From Crocinitomicaceae bacterium (GTDB lineage Bacteria; Bacteroidota; Bacteroidia; Flavobacteriales_D; Sanyastnellaceae), in assembly GCA_002700285.1 (NCBI GenBank), contig PACT01000022.1, positions 120,429 to 184,428 on the forward strand: DNA of 64,000 nucleotides, in the 5' to 3' direction. Of this stretch, positions 36,188-44,632 are shown one piece after another (the first letter of the stretch is position 1; each line of letters starts with the position of its first letter). A program made the translations under genes and the position numbers. The notes under the pieces were generated by a model. The model was not told the origin of the DNA. It saw only the letters and a list, made by a program, of their open reading frames with translations, and ran no database searches.

Positions 36188-37333
36188 TTAATTTTTCGCC
36201 TTCGCTTTAATTTCCACAACAGCAATGTTTTCTTTTTCGAATAATGCGCGCGAGTCCGCAATAAACACCTTCATCTTTTCTTTTGAATCGGTGTCTAAAT
36301 CATAAAAATCATTGGACTCAAATTCTGAGCATGGCAAAATTTCATACATTGTTTTGCCATCAATGAGAGGTCTACTGACCCATGTTAAATAATATCCGGA
36401 ATTAGATAATGTAACGTTATCCTTGTTTTTGCGAAGGGTTAATTTCAGCATCGCTCCTCCATCTCTTTTTCGTGTGCGTTGGTTAGACACAAAATTACCC
36501 AAGGAATAAGCAATGAAATTCTCCTTTTCGCCATCTTTGGCTTGACTATATTCCATTTTTTGAAGGACGTGGGGATGTGACCCCACAATAATATCCACTC
36601 CATTTCGAAAAAGAACTTCAGCAATTTCTATCTGCTTTTTTGACGGTTGAGATTGATACTCAGGCCCCCAATGAATCATGACAATTAGTTTATCTAAGGA
36701 ATCAGCCTTGCTTTTTCTGATGTCAGACAACATTGTTAATGTATCTATTCGATTTACCATCGTGGGTTTCGGGGTGGGTAAGCCGTTTGTACCATACGTG
36801 TAATTCAGAAGCCCTACTCGAATATTGTTTTTATCTAAGATCAAAAGATTATTGCGATTTCTTTCTGCGGCATCTTTAAAGGTTCCAGTATGAGGTATTT
36901 CCAAGGAGTCCAAAACATGGATTGTTCTTAATAGCCCTTTTTTTGCTCTGTCGCAGGAATGATTGTTCGCAGTAACCAAGACATCTATTCCATTTTTTTT
37001 ACACGCAACAGCTAGCGCGTCAGGTGATGAAAACTGAGGATACCCTGCATATGGCGCCCCAGCCAATGTCACCTCTAAATTAGCGATGGCAAAATCAGCA
37101 GTTTTGATGATATGAGATACTTTGCGAAAGACACCCTCGTAATTGTACGCACCTTTTTCAGGATTAAATGCGGATGCTATTTGAGGGTCATGTCCCATAA
37201 TATCTCCCATAAAAATGAATGACAAAGAATCCTCTTGTGGAACATCTTGCGCGAAGAGACTAAAGGATGAAAGTATTATTATAATTGGGAGAAAGATGTT
37301 TTTCATAGTCATTTTTTTGGTTGCTTTCGACAC
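36188..37333 (-). CDS. CapA-family metallophosphoesterase-like protein
   Basis: Signal peptide and CapA/PGA_cap motifs FMGDIMGHD, NLEV, ANNH and GSHPHVLQ. Confidence 0.8.
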   Translation of the reverse strand: MSKATKKMTMKNIFLPIIIILSSFSLFAQDVPQEDSLSFIFMGDIMGHDPQIASAFNPEKGAYNYEGVFRKVSHIIKTADFAIANLEVTLAGAPYAGYPQFSSPDALAVACKKNGIDVLVTANNHSCDRAKKGLLRTIHVLDSLEIPHTGTFKDAAERNRNNLLILDKNNIRVGLLNYTYGTNGLPTPKPTMVNRIDTLTMLSDIRKSKADSLDKLIVMIHWGPEYQSQPSKKQIEIAEVLFRNGVDIIVGSHPHVLQKMEYSQAKDGEKENFIAYSLGNFVSNQRTRKRDGGAMLKLTLRKNKDNVTLSNSGYYLTWVSRPLIDGKTMYEILPCSEFESNDFYDLDTDSKEKMKVFIADSRALFEKENIAVVEIKAKAKN

Positions 37334-37464
37334 ATTTCCATGATGTGAAATTTTTGCTCTTTTCTTTCATTTGAAACTACACTACTTGACATTTTTAAAA
37401 TAATTGTACAAGAATCGTTGGTGTTATTTACACGGCAGCATGAGCGCGGAATTCATACATGAAC

Positions 37465-37494
37465 AAAAAAAAAGCCTGTCGATGAAGACAAGCT
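37465..37494 (-). terminator. rho-independent terminator of csp
   Basis: On the minus strand, AGCUUGUC-UUCAUC-GACAGGCU (8 bp including one G-U) is followed by a run of nine U. It sits about 25 nt after the csp stop. Confidence 0.75.
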
Positions 37495-37519
37495 TTTTAA
37501 TAATTATAGTTAGGTAATA

Positions 37520-37711
37520 TTATAATACTCTAACATTTACCGCGTTTAGTCCTTTTTGACCTTCTTCAACGTCAAAGCTCACATTGTCTCCTTCTGCGAT
37601 TTCATCGGTTAATGTACTCTGGTGAACAAAGACATCCTTCCCTCCGTCGTCTGGAGTGATAAAACCGAAACCTTTTGCGTTATTAAAAAACTTTACTGTA
37701 CCGTTACTCAT
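37520..37711 (-). CDS. cold-shock protein (CspA family)
   Basis: 63 aa: [32 protein letters not shown], carrying the RNP1/RNP2 motifs. Confidence 0.95.
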   Translation of the reverse strand: MSNGTVKFFNNAKGFGFITPDDGGKDVFVHQSTLTDEIAEGDNVSFDVEEGQKGLNAVNVRVL

Positions 37712-37732
37712 GATTAAAAAATTTATTGAAGG

Positions 37733-37740
37733 TCAAATAT
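37733..37740 (-). promoter_or_regulatory. candidate -7 promoter box TATATTTG (TAnnTTTG) for csp
   Basis: The minus strand reads gacTTATATTTGacc, about 22 nt upstream of the csp ATG. A TTG lies 14 nt further upstream, which is shorter than the usual spacing. Confidence 0.4.
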
Positions 37741-37830
37741 AAGTCTTTTTTAGGACAATGGGTATAACATTCAACTAATTATGGCGAAAAATACTGCAGG
37801 CCATCGCTAAGCATCCTTTTGCTCCTGACC

Positions 37831-39123
37831 TTATGTATCGACAAGCCCTTTTTTATATGTTTCAAGAGCTCTTGCCCTTGCAGATTTGTGATCAACCATT
37901 GGCGAAGGATAATCCAATGTATCTAATTCTGGGATCCATTTTTTGAGGTAGACTCTTTCAGCGTCAAATTTCTTGACTTGTTCAGTGGGGTTGAATATCC
38001 TGAAGTATGGCGCGGAATCGCACCCTGTACCTGCCGACCATTGCCAATTGCCATTGTTGGAAGAGAGTTCAAAATCCAAAAGTTGTTTTGCAAAGTAGGC
38101 TTCACCCCACTTCCAATCAATCAACAAATGCTTGCATAGAAATCCAGCGACAACCATCCGTACCCGATTGTGCATATATCCTGTCGTATTCAATTCACGC
38201 ATCCCGGCATCTACAATGGGATAGCCTGTTTGACCAGCTTTCCATTTTTCAAATTCCTGTGGGTTGTTGCGCCATTGCACGCCGTCATATTTCCGCTTAA
38301 AATTATTGCTCACAACTTCGGGAAAGTGATAAAGGATTTGCATGAAGAATTCTCTCCAAATCAACTCACTCAAAAATGTTTTATTATTCGTGATATTAAG
38401 AATGACCTTGCGGATGCTTACCGTACCAAACCTCAGGTGAGGAGATAAATAGCTTGTTTGATTTTTGGCGGGAAAATTTCGCGCCGTTTCGTAATCGTCA
38501 AGTTTGTCTAGCTGGTAGTTTAAGACTTTTATTGACGACCGTGTAAAATCCAATTCTGACATTTCAGGAAAAGGCATCTCGAATTTTAAGAAATTCGAAT
38601 TTGAATGTGGTGTATAGTCTTGCAAGGATTCCGAAGCAAACCGCTCTAGCCATTTGTTTTTGTAGGGCGTGAAAACGGTATAGGGTGTTTTATCTCCTTT
38701 TAGAACCTCTCCTTTCGCAAAGATGACTTGATCCTTAAACAAATTCAATTGGATCTCATTTTGATGAAGAAGTTGCGCCACTTCTTGATCTCGTTTTATG
38801 GCATAAGGTTCATAATCTTCGTTCGCGTATACTGACTTGACATTGTATTTATTCAAAAGGGTATGCCAAACAGCAATTGGATCTCCTTTAGTGCAATAAA
38901 TACAACTCGATCTCTCACCCAGTTGAATTGACAGTTTATTTAGGGTGTCGTATATAAATGTAATTCGGGCATCATCCTTATCTAATTCATCAGTAAGCTC
39001 ACTGTCAAAAATGAACACCGGCAATACAGGAAAGGGACTATGAAGTGCTTCAAAGAGCCCGCGGTTATCTTCTATTCGCAGATCCCTTCTGAACCAAAAT
39101 ACTGAAACGGCTTCTTTTTTCAT
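37831..39123 (-). CDS. cryptochrome/photolyase-family protein (class I CPD photolyase-like)
   Basis: N-terminus VFWFRRDLRIEDNRGL. The FAD-binding region reads TGYPIVDAGMRELNTTGYMHNRVRMVVAGFL and SNNGNWQW...APYFRIFNP. Confidence 0.9.
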   Translation of the reverse strand: MKKEAVSVFWFRRDLRIEDNRGLFEALHSPFPVLPVFIFDSELTDELDKDDARITFIYDTLNKLSIQLGERSSCIYCTKGDPIAVWHTLLNKYNVKSVYANEDYEPYAIKRDQEVAQLLHQNEIQLNLFKDQVIFAKGEVLKGDKTPYTVFTPYKNKWLERFASESLQDYTPHSNSNFLKFEMPFPEMSELDFTRSSIKVLNYQLDKLDDYETARNFPAKNQTSYLSPHLRFGTVSIRKVILNITNNKTFLSELIWREFFMQILYHFPEVVSNNFKRKYDGVQWRNNPQEFEKWKAGQTGYPIVDAGMRELNTTGYMHNRVRMVVAGFLCKHLLIDWKWGEAYFAKQLLDFELSSNNGNWQWSAGTGCDSAPYFRIFNPTEQVKKFDAERVYLKKWIPELDTLDYPSPMVDHKSARARALETYKKGLVDT

Positions 39124-39156
39124 GCATCTAATAAATAAAACATTGGACGAGGTCGG

Positions 39157-40521
39157 TTATTTTTTCTTCCGCTTCTTTTTTAGGTTTTGAATTTTATCTC
39201 CTCGTCTAATCGGCTTTTTGTATCTCTCCTTGACGGACTCATTGTAGCTTTTTTTCGCGACTCTCTTTCTGCTGTTCTTGGCGGATTTTTCATGAACAGA
39301 GGCCCCTCCAGTCTTTAGAACAGGCTTTTGATCATACAATTCATCAGGGTCAATCGGTTTGTGTTTCTCCTCTGGGGTAAGCTGACTCGACCGTTTCACG
39401 CCCTCAGGCCATTCATGTAATGGGATGGCGTAATCCATCAATGCTTCAATGGCACCTTTCAACTCGGTCTCTTTTTCATTGAAAAAGAGAATGGAATTCC
39501 CCTCTTGTCCTGCCCGGCCAGTTCTTCCAATGCGATGGATATAGTTTTCAGGATAAAAGGGCGTATCAAAACTGATGACAGTGCTCACTTTATTCAGATC
39601 AATTCCACGAGAAATCACATCCGTCGCAATCAGAATCCGACTTGTTCCGTTGTCGAATTTTTCGATTGACTTCGTGCGGTAATTTTGCTCTTTCCTAGCG
39701 TGAATAATAGAAACTTCGGATTCAAAGTTTAATTTTTCAGCAAGCCGATCCGCATTCACTTTGGTAGATACAAAAATCAAGACTTTGCTGTATTTCTCGC
39801 GGTCTTCTAACAAATGGTTGAGCAAGTTCGTCTTTGAATAAAAATTAGGTACCGCATAAGATTCCTGACGAATTGTCTCCAAAGGTGTCCCGCTGATAGA
39901 GATGGTTTTCTTTACCGGATTGACAAGAAAATCATCGATTAATTCATCCACATAAGTCGTCATTGTTGCAGAAAAGAGAATGTTTTGTCGTTTGACAGGA
40001 AGGTGTTCGAAGATATTGTTTAGCTGAGTTTTAAAGCCAAAATCGAGCATAATATCGACTTCGTCAATCACCAGTTTTTTGATTGATTTAAGTCTTAACA
40101 CATTCGCATGAACCAGGTCATAGAATCTTCGGGGTGTCCCGACTACGATGTCTTGTCCCTCCAGAATACCTTTCTTTTGGGCGGTGATGTTATTTGTTCC
40201 ACCGTACACTCCTAACGCTCGAATACTAATGTATGGTGTGAGTTTTTCAATTTCCTTGACGATTTGAATCACGAGTTCACGTGTCGGAACAAGGATGATG
40301 ATTCTTGGGTGTGGTTTTTCGGAAAATTTCAGGTCTTGTATCAGCGGAAGTAAATATGCGATTGTCTTTCCGGTTCCGGTTTGCGCAATTCCCACAAAAT
40401 CAAAGCCACCGAGAATGGGTGAGTAGGATTCTTGTTGGATGGGCGTTGGATTCACAAAACCTAAATCTGCAAGCGCATTCTTTAATTGCTTTTTAAGTTT
40501 TAAATCCTCGAATGTCTTCAT
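39157..40521 (-). CDS. DEAD-box ATP-dependent RNA helicase
   Basis: Q-motif, AQTGTGKT, DEVD, SAT and HRIGRTGRAG, plus a Lys/Arg-rich C-terminal tail. Confidence 0.9.
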   Translation of the reverse strand: MKTFEDLKLKKQLKNALADLGFVNPTPIQQESYSPILGGFDFVGIAQTGTGKTIAYLLPLIQDLKFSEKPHPRIIILVPTRELVIQIVKEIEKLTPYISIRALGVYGGTNNITAQKKGILEGQDIVVGTPRRFYDLVHANVLRLKSIKKLVIDEVDIMLDFGFKTQLNNIFEHLPVKRQNILFSATMTTYVDELIDDFLVNPVKKTISISGTPLETIRQESYAVPNFYSKTNLLNHLLEDREKYSKVLIFVSTKVNADRLAEKLNFESEVSIIHARKEQNYRTKSIEKFDNGTSRILIATDVISRGIDLNKVSTVISFDTPFYPENYIHRIGRTGRAGQEGNSILFFNEKETELKGAIEALMDYAIPLHEWPEGVKRSSQLTPEEKHKPIDPDELYDQKPVLKTGGASVHEKSAKNSRKRVAKKSYNESVKERYKKPIRRGDKIQNLKKKRKKK

Positions 40522-40604
40522 TGTAAAAAGTAATAGCGATAACGCTGAGCCCTAAGCCATTCTATAGATCACAATGCATCGCGCCAGTAGAGGTTATGCT
40601 TGTT

Positions 40605-40706
40605 TTATTTGTCTTTGTTTTTATCCGGACTAATGACTGCGTATCCAAATCCAAAACCGAACAATAAGGTAATTAATCCAGCAAAATAGGGTATTAAATC
40701 AATCAT
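40605..40706 (-). CDS. candidate 33-aa single-TM micro-protein
   Basis: My own translation is MIDLIPYFAGLITLLFGFGFGYAVISPDKNKDK. It is below the 60-aa track cutoff. Its ATG overlaps the stop of the upstream 59-aa ORF (ATGATTGA). Confidence 0.35.
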   Translation of the reverse strand: MIDLIPYFAGLITLLFGFGFGYAVISPDKNKDK

Positions 40707-40878
40707 TTTTATTAATTAAATGTAAATAAATCCCAAAACATAATATCGATGGCACCCATAGTCCCATGAAAGTAGCCTCTACTTTTTCTCCACTAAAATA
40801 TAAAACTTCAGAAAAAATAAGCGATAGTATCGCAGCTGTAAAAAGCAACTTGTCAGTTACGTTAAATTTTTTAAACAT
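40699..40878 (-). CDS. candidate 59-aa two-TM micro-protein
   Basis: My own translation is MFKKFNVTDKLLFTAAILSLIFSEVLYFSGEKVEATFMGLWVPSILCFGIYLHLINKND. It is one residue below the track cutoff and is coupled to the 33-aa ORF. Confidence 0.4.
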   Translation of the reverse strand: MFKKFNVTDKLLFTAAILSLIFSEVLYFSGEKVEATFMGLWVPSILCFGIYLHLINKND

Positions 40879-41064
40879 TTTTATTTATGATTATCTCACG
40901 CATTTTATTGGCCATGTCATGTGCCCCGTTTTTGTATGGTATCTGGACTCCAACTTGATATTCAAATGTACACTTTTTTGACCGTGAAGTGGACTTATAA
41001 TTTCGCTTTACTTTTTTATAAATTCAGCACAAAAAAATCACATTAATTTCACACTCATCTTGAT

Positions 41065-41598
41065 TTATTTTAATTCAATCTTATCTAAAACGAGTTTAAA
41101 TTTTTCGGTCTTTTTGTTCCCAATCAAAAATGTAATGCCCTCAAAAGACATGTCCGAAAAATTGGGCCCATCAAGTCTCCTTCCGCGAAAAGAAGGGTAC
41201 ATGTCCTTCAATTGGATTTCAATTTCTTCCCATTCTCCTGATGTTGAAAAGGGAATGATGTAAGAATAATAGTCTCCACTGTTTGACTTTATTCGAAATT
41301 GATAATCTTTTCCGTCGCCTAGGAGTGTGATGTTAACCTGTGTTTTTCCCTCGAGAAGTATTTTCCCACAGTCATAGCGTAGAGAAGAGAATCCACCATT
41401 GTTTTCTAAAGATATATCTCCTTCGAATACACCATGGCCTTCATCATTTAGTCTAAAGTTGCCAGAAGATCGACCGCCCATAACAACATCATCTACGATG
41501 ATCCATTTTCGAACATCTGATTTGATATTGAAGTCAAATATTATTGGGAATGTGATAAAAGAAGATAGCATCAATGAGAACATTAATTTTTGTAGCAT
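41065..41598 (-). CDS. CIA30-domain protein (complex I intermediate-associated protein 30-like), secreted
   Basis: N-terminal hydrophobic signal. The motif WIIVDDVVMGGRSSGNF...GVFEGDISLENNGGFSS is typical of CIA30. Confidence 0.75.
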   Translation of the reverse strand: MLQKLMFSLMLSSFITFPIIFDFNIKSDVRKWIIVDDVVMGGRSSGNFRLNDEGHGVFEGDISLENNGGFSSLRYDCGKILLEGKTQVNITLLGDGKDYQFRIKSNSGDYYSYIIPFSTSGEWEEIEIQLKDMYPSFRGRRLDGPNFSDMSFEGITFLIGNKKTEKFKLVLDKIELK

Positions 41599-41733
41599 TG
41601 TCAGTTATTTACAACAGTTTTTGTAAAGGTAATAGCATGTATCGTTAAAGATTGCATCAGAAATATTCTTTGTTTTTCTGTCCTCAAGTCGTTCCGTTTT
41701 TGTTTCTGGAAAAGGCGTGAAATTCATAGGTGC

Positions 41734-42192
41734 TTAGGCATTGCTTAAACATTTCAGGCCATCATAAACCACAATACCCACCGCGTTGGCTAAGTTTAAG
41801 CTTCTTACATGGTCGCTGTAAATGGGAATTTTATAAAGGTTATCTGCGTTTTCAGCAGTGATCGTTTTCGGCAAACCCACAGACTCTTTGCCAAACACCA
41901 GAAACATATTGTCTTTGTATTCGATAGAACTATAATCCTTCTCTCCGTAGCTGGAAAGGTAGACCATGTTTTCATTCTTATTTGTCGCGTAAAACGCCTC
42001 GATGTCCTCATAAATATGCACCTCAAGGTGTTTCCAATAATCCAATCCAGCTCTTTTCAGCCTTGCGTCATTTATTTCAAATCCAAATGGTTTGACCAGA
42101 TGTAACACCGATCCAGAGGCCAAACTAAGACGACCGATATTGCCAGTATTCATCGGTATTTCTGGCTCTATAAGCACAATATTAAATCCCAT
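41734..42192 (-). CDS. trmL: tRNA (cytidine/uridine(34)-2'-O)-methyltransferase TrmL (SpoU family)
   Basis: 152 aa: IVLIEPEIPMNTGNIGR...LKRAGLDYW...SLNLANAVGIVVY. Confidence 0.9.
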   Translation of the reverse strand: MGFNIVLIEPEIPMNTGNIGRLSLASGSVLHLVKPFGFEINDARLKRAGLDYWKHLEVHIYEDIEAFYATNKNENMVYLSSYGEKDYSSIEYKDNMFLVFGKESVGLPKTITAENADNLYKIPIYSDHVRSLNLANAVGIVVYDGLKCLSNA

Positions 42193-42282
42193 TTAATTCG
42201 ATTGTTCTTTGATTCTTGCGAATGTTCAAGGTAGACATCCTTTCGAATGGCTACAAGTTTCGGCGCTGCGGTAAAAATGAAC

Positions 42283-43080
42283 TTACCACCAGACAATAAA
42301 AAATGCGGTATATGAATCATCTTGTTTCTGCCAACACAAAGGAGATTGCTGTTTGTGAACGATGGCGTGAAGGTCTTTTTCTACACCTGCAAAGTCAGTC
42401 CATATTTCGTTTTTACAAGGCTCCATTCCCCACTCCTTTTTTGAAGGCAAATGATATTCATTTGAGGCATGATCCCAGTCCGTAAATGCCTCTAGATTTA
42501 AATAATATCCCTGAATGGCCTTTTTATAAATGGGGCTGAACTCTCCCTTGTAATTATAAGGGATAAACAGTGAAACAAACAAGCATATTGCCTGAGAAAC
42601 ATCCCCAATATTGAGATCGCTCAATGTCGCTACAGCACATTTTTCGTAAAGCAAAGGCAATTGTTTTTGTTTTAATTTATCCAATTTTTCGCGCAAAGAA
42701 TCGTTCCTATTGGGTCCAATCCAATTGTGCATAGGTTCAGAAGAAATGCTTGGGTCAAACAGATAAAATTTATATGCCAATTCAAGATGAATCACTTGTT
42801 TCGTGGTAATTTCTTCAATAATAAAATCAATTTCACCGATGGTTTTTTTCTCTTCAATCAGCTGAATGTTTTCATAAAGCACATTGTAATTGGCGGATAA
42901 TTTGATCAATTCAGAAACGATCTTTTCCACCAAATGTCCCAATCTTATATTTGTGGGCAAGGCAAAGTCCAGCTCTTCTTGTAGGTGTAGTTTGGACAGA
43001 TGAAAACTTGGCAAGCCAGTCGTATTGAGGTCGAGACAATTCGCATTTAATATTGAATCAATCCTTGACTTCGTATTCAT
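42283..43080 (-). CDS. DUF1853-family protein (restriction-endonuclease-like core)
   Basis: 265 aa: RLGHLVEKIV...GEIDFIIEE...VIHLELAYKFYL resembles the DUF1853 profile as I recall it. A 4-nt overlap links it to the upstream gene. Confidence 0.6.
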   Translation of the reverse strand: MNTKSRIDSILNANCLDLNTTGLPSFHLSKLHLQEELDFALPTNIRLGHLVEKIVSELIKLSANYNVLYENIQLIEEKKTIGEIDFIIEEITTKQVIHLELAYKFYLFDPSISSEPMHNWIGPNRNDSLREKLDKLKQKQLPLLYEKCAVATLSDLNIGDVSQAICLFVSLFIPYNYKGEFSPIYKKAIQGYYLNLEAFTDWDHASNEYHLPSKKEWGMEPCKNEIWTDFAGVEKDLHAIVHKQQSPLCWQKQDDSYTAFFIVWW

Positions 43081-43811
43081 TTTGAGTCTTGGCGCGTTGT
43101 TTTATTCATCCCCCAGGCCATCACTTTGACTCCGCTCGAATACCTCATTTTATGTGGATCATTTTTAAGCAGCGTGTCAAAGCGTGGATAATTGACCTTG
43201 ATTTTTGTTAAATCAATCTCTTGAATAGGCCACTCCAAATGGTGGATGTCAAATTCGTTCATCGAGTCTTCTGAATCTTGGAATAGCGCATAGCGTTCAG
43301 TCAGCCACTTGTCCAAAGCTGTTTTTTTCGACACGACGCCCCCCACTTTATATTCGACTTCTAAGCGGTCATTGAATTCCGAGTTCCAAGATTCAAATTT
43401 GTTTGGAGATCGTTTCATTTTTGAAAAACGATAGGGAAGTTCGGAAATCCCTTTTGCAATTTTGCAAGACAATTTCGTCCCCCCTTCAATGCTTAAAAAA
43501 TAAACGCCAGTTTTATTATTTGATCTTATATACGTCCGAATATTTATTTCGTCAAAGTTGGAAATCGGGGCAAATGAAGGGAGATTTTTCGGCCTAATTT
43601 TTTCCATTGTAAATGCCACAACGGACACCCAAGGTTTTCCTTCAAAGAGGTCAATGTCCAATTCTTTTGGCACAAATTTTTTCAAGTCTTCTAAATCGAC
43701 CTCCCAATGCAGAAAGATTGAATGGTTCCATTCTTGATAATACTTCCAGTTTTCAGCAGGTATTTCCCAAGGCCGGTGATCTCTTTTATTTAAGATTTCT
43801 CGAATTGTCAT
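43077..43811 (-). CDS. DUF2071 (YqjF)-family protein
   Basis: 244 aa. The N-terminus HRPWEIPAENWKYYQEWNHSIFLHWEVD and its size fit DUF2071. Confidence 0.6.
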   Translation of the reverse strand: MTIREILNKRDHRPWEIPAENWKYYQEWNHSIFLHWEVDLEDLKKFVPKELDIDLFEGKPWVSVVAFTMEKIRPKNLPSFAPISNFDEINIRTYIRSNNKTGVYFLSIEGGTKLSCKIAKGISELPYRFSKMKRSPNKFESWNSEFNDRLEVEYKVGGVVSKKTALDKWLTERYALFQDSEDSMNEFDIHHLEWPIQEIDLTKIKVNYPRFDTLLKNDPHKMRYSSGVKVMAWGMNKTTRQDSK

Positions 43812-43875
43812 TTTGCAAAGTGGATTTTTTCAAATAGCGACATCTTGTCACCATCCGACCTTACCCCCTAAAGTA

Positions 43876-44571
43876 CTATAGTTTTATTTTAGAAAATCCG
43901 CCGTCGACATGAATAATCTGACCTGTTATCCAAGACGATTTGGGAGTCAGAAGAAATAAAGCAGCTTCTGCAATATCTGTGGCTTCGCCAATTTTTTTCA
44001 ATGGATTTTTTTCAGCCTGCAGATTTATTTTTTCTGGGGTATTCAAAAATCTATTTGCCAAATTTGTATTTGTGAGTGATGGAGCGACGGCATTGACTCT
44101 TATTTTCGGGGAGAATTCGGCAGCCAAAGATCGGGTTAAACCTTCAATGGCTCCTTTAGATATCGCCACTTGAGAATGAAAACTAAACCCAGACTGAACA
44201 GCTATGGTTGAAAAAAGCAGGATTGACGCATCATTGCTTTTCTTGAGTTTCGGCAAAAGCTGCTTAATGATCTTTGTCGCACCTAAAACCTGTAGCTTAA
44301 TGTCTTCCAGGAAATCATCTTCAGAAAAGCGATGAAATGGTTTGAGGTTAATACTGCCTGGACAGTATGCCAAACCATGAATTTCTTCGGGCAAATTGTC
44401 AAGGTCTAAATTGTCTGACGTGACATCCAACTTCACATAATTGACGGACGGTCTGCTCTCAACTGCATTCATGTTGTAGGTGGCCGTGACATTTGCCCCT
44501 TGAGCCGCTAGGAGGTTTACCACTTCCTTTCCGATTCCAGAGGATCCTCCGATGACAATATAATTTCTCAT
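43876..44571 (-). CDS. short-chain dehydrogenase/reductase-fold protein lacking the catalytic Tyr
   Basis: Rossmann motif VIGGSSGIGKE. Where the YxxxK motif is expected the sequence reads VAISK (HSQVAISKGAIEGLTRSLAAEF). The C-terminus is ITGQIIHVDGG. Confidence 0.8.
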   Translation of the reverse strand: MRNYIVIGGSSGIGKEVVNLLAAQGANVTATYNMNAVESRPSVNYVKLDVTSDNLDLDNLPEEIHGLAYCPGSINLKPFHRFSEDDFLEDIKLQVLGATKIIKQLLPKLKKSNDASILLFSTIAVQSGFSFHSQVAISKGAIEGLTRSLAAEFSPKIRVNAVAPSLTNTNLANRFLNTPEKINLQAEKNPLKKIGEATDIAEAALFLLTPKSSWITGQIIHVDGGFSKIKL

Positions 44572-44632
44572 AAGCTTACTTCATAAAGTTTTCACAACGT
44601 TTTGAATATTTCATTTCTTTTCCAGAGTGTAT

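Noticed and set aside
40766-40981. The 71-aa plus-strand ORF in the track, and a 14-codon upstream ORF (MANKMREIIINKNV) on the minus strand overlapping the ATG at 40878.
   Set aside because: The plus-strand ORF is antisense to the better-looking pair of coupled membrane micro-ORFs and has no signal or TM logic. The 14-codon ORF is too short to support, although the frame stays open upstream without a start codon.
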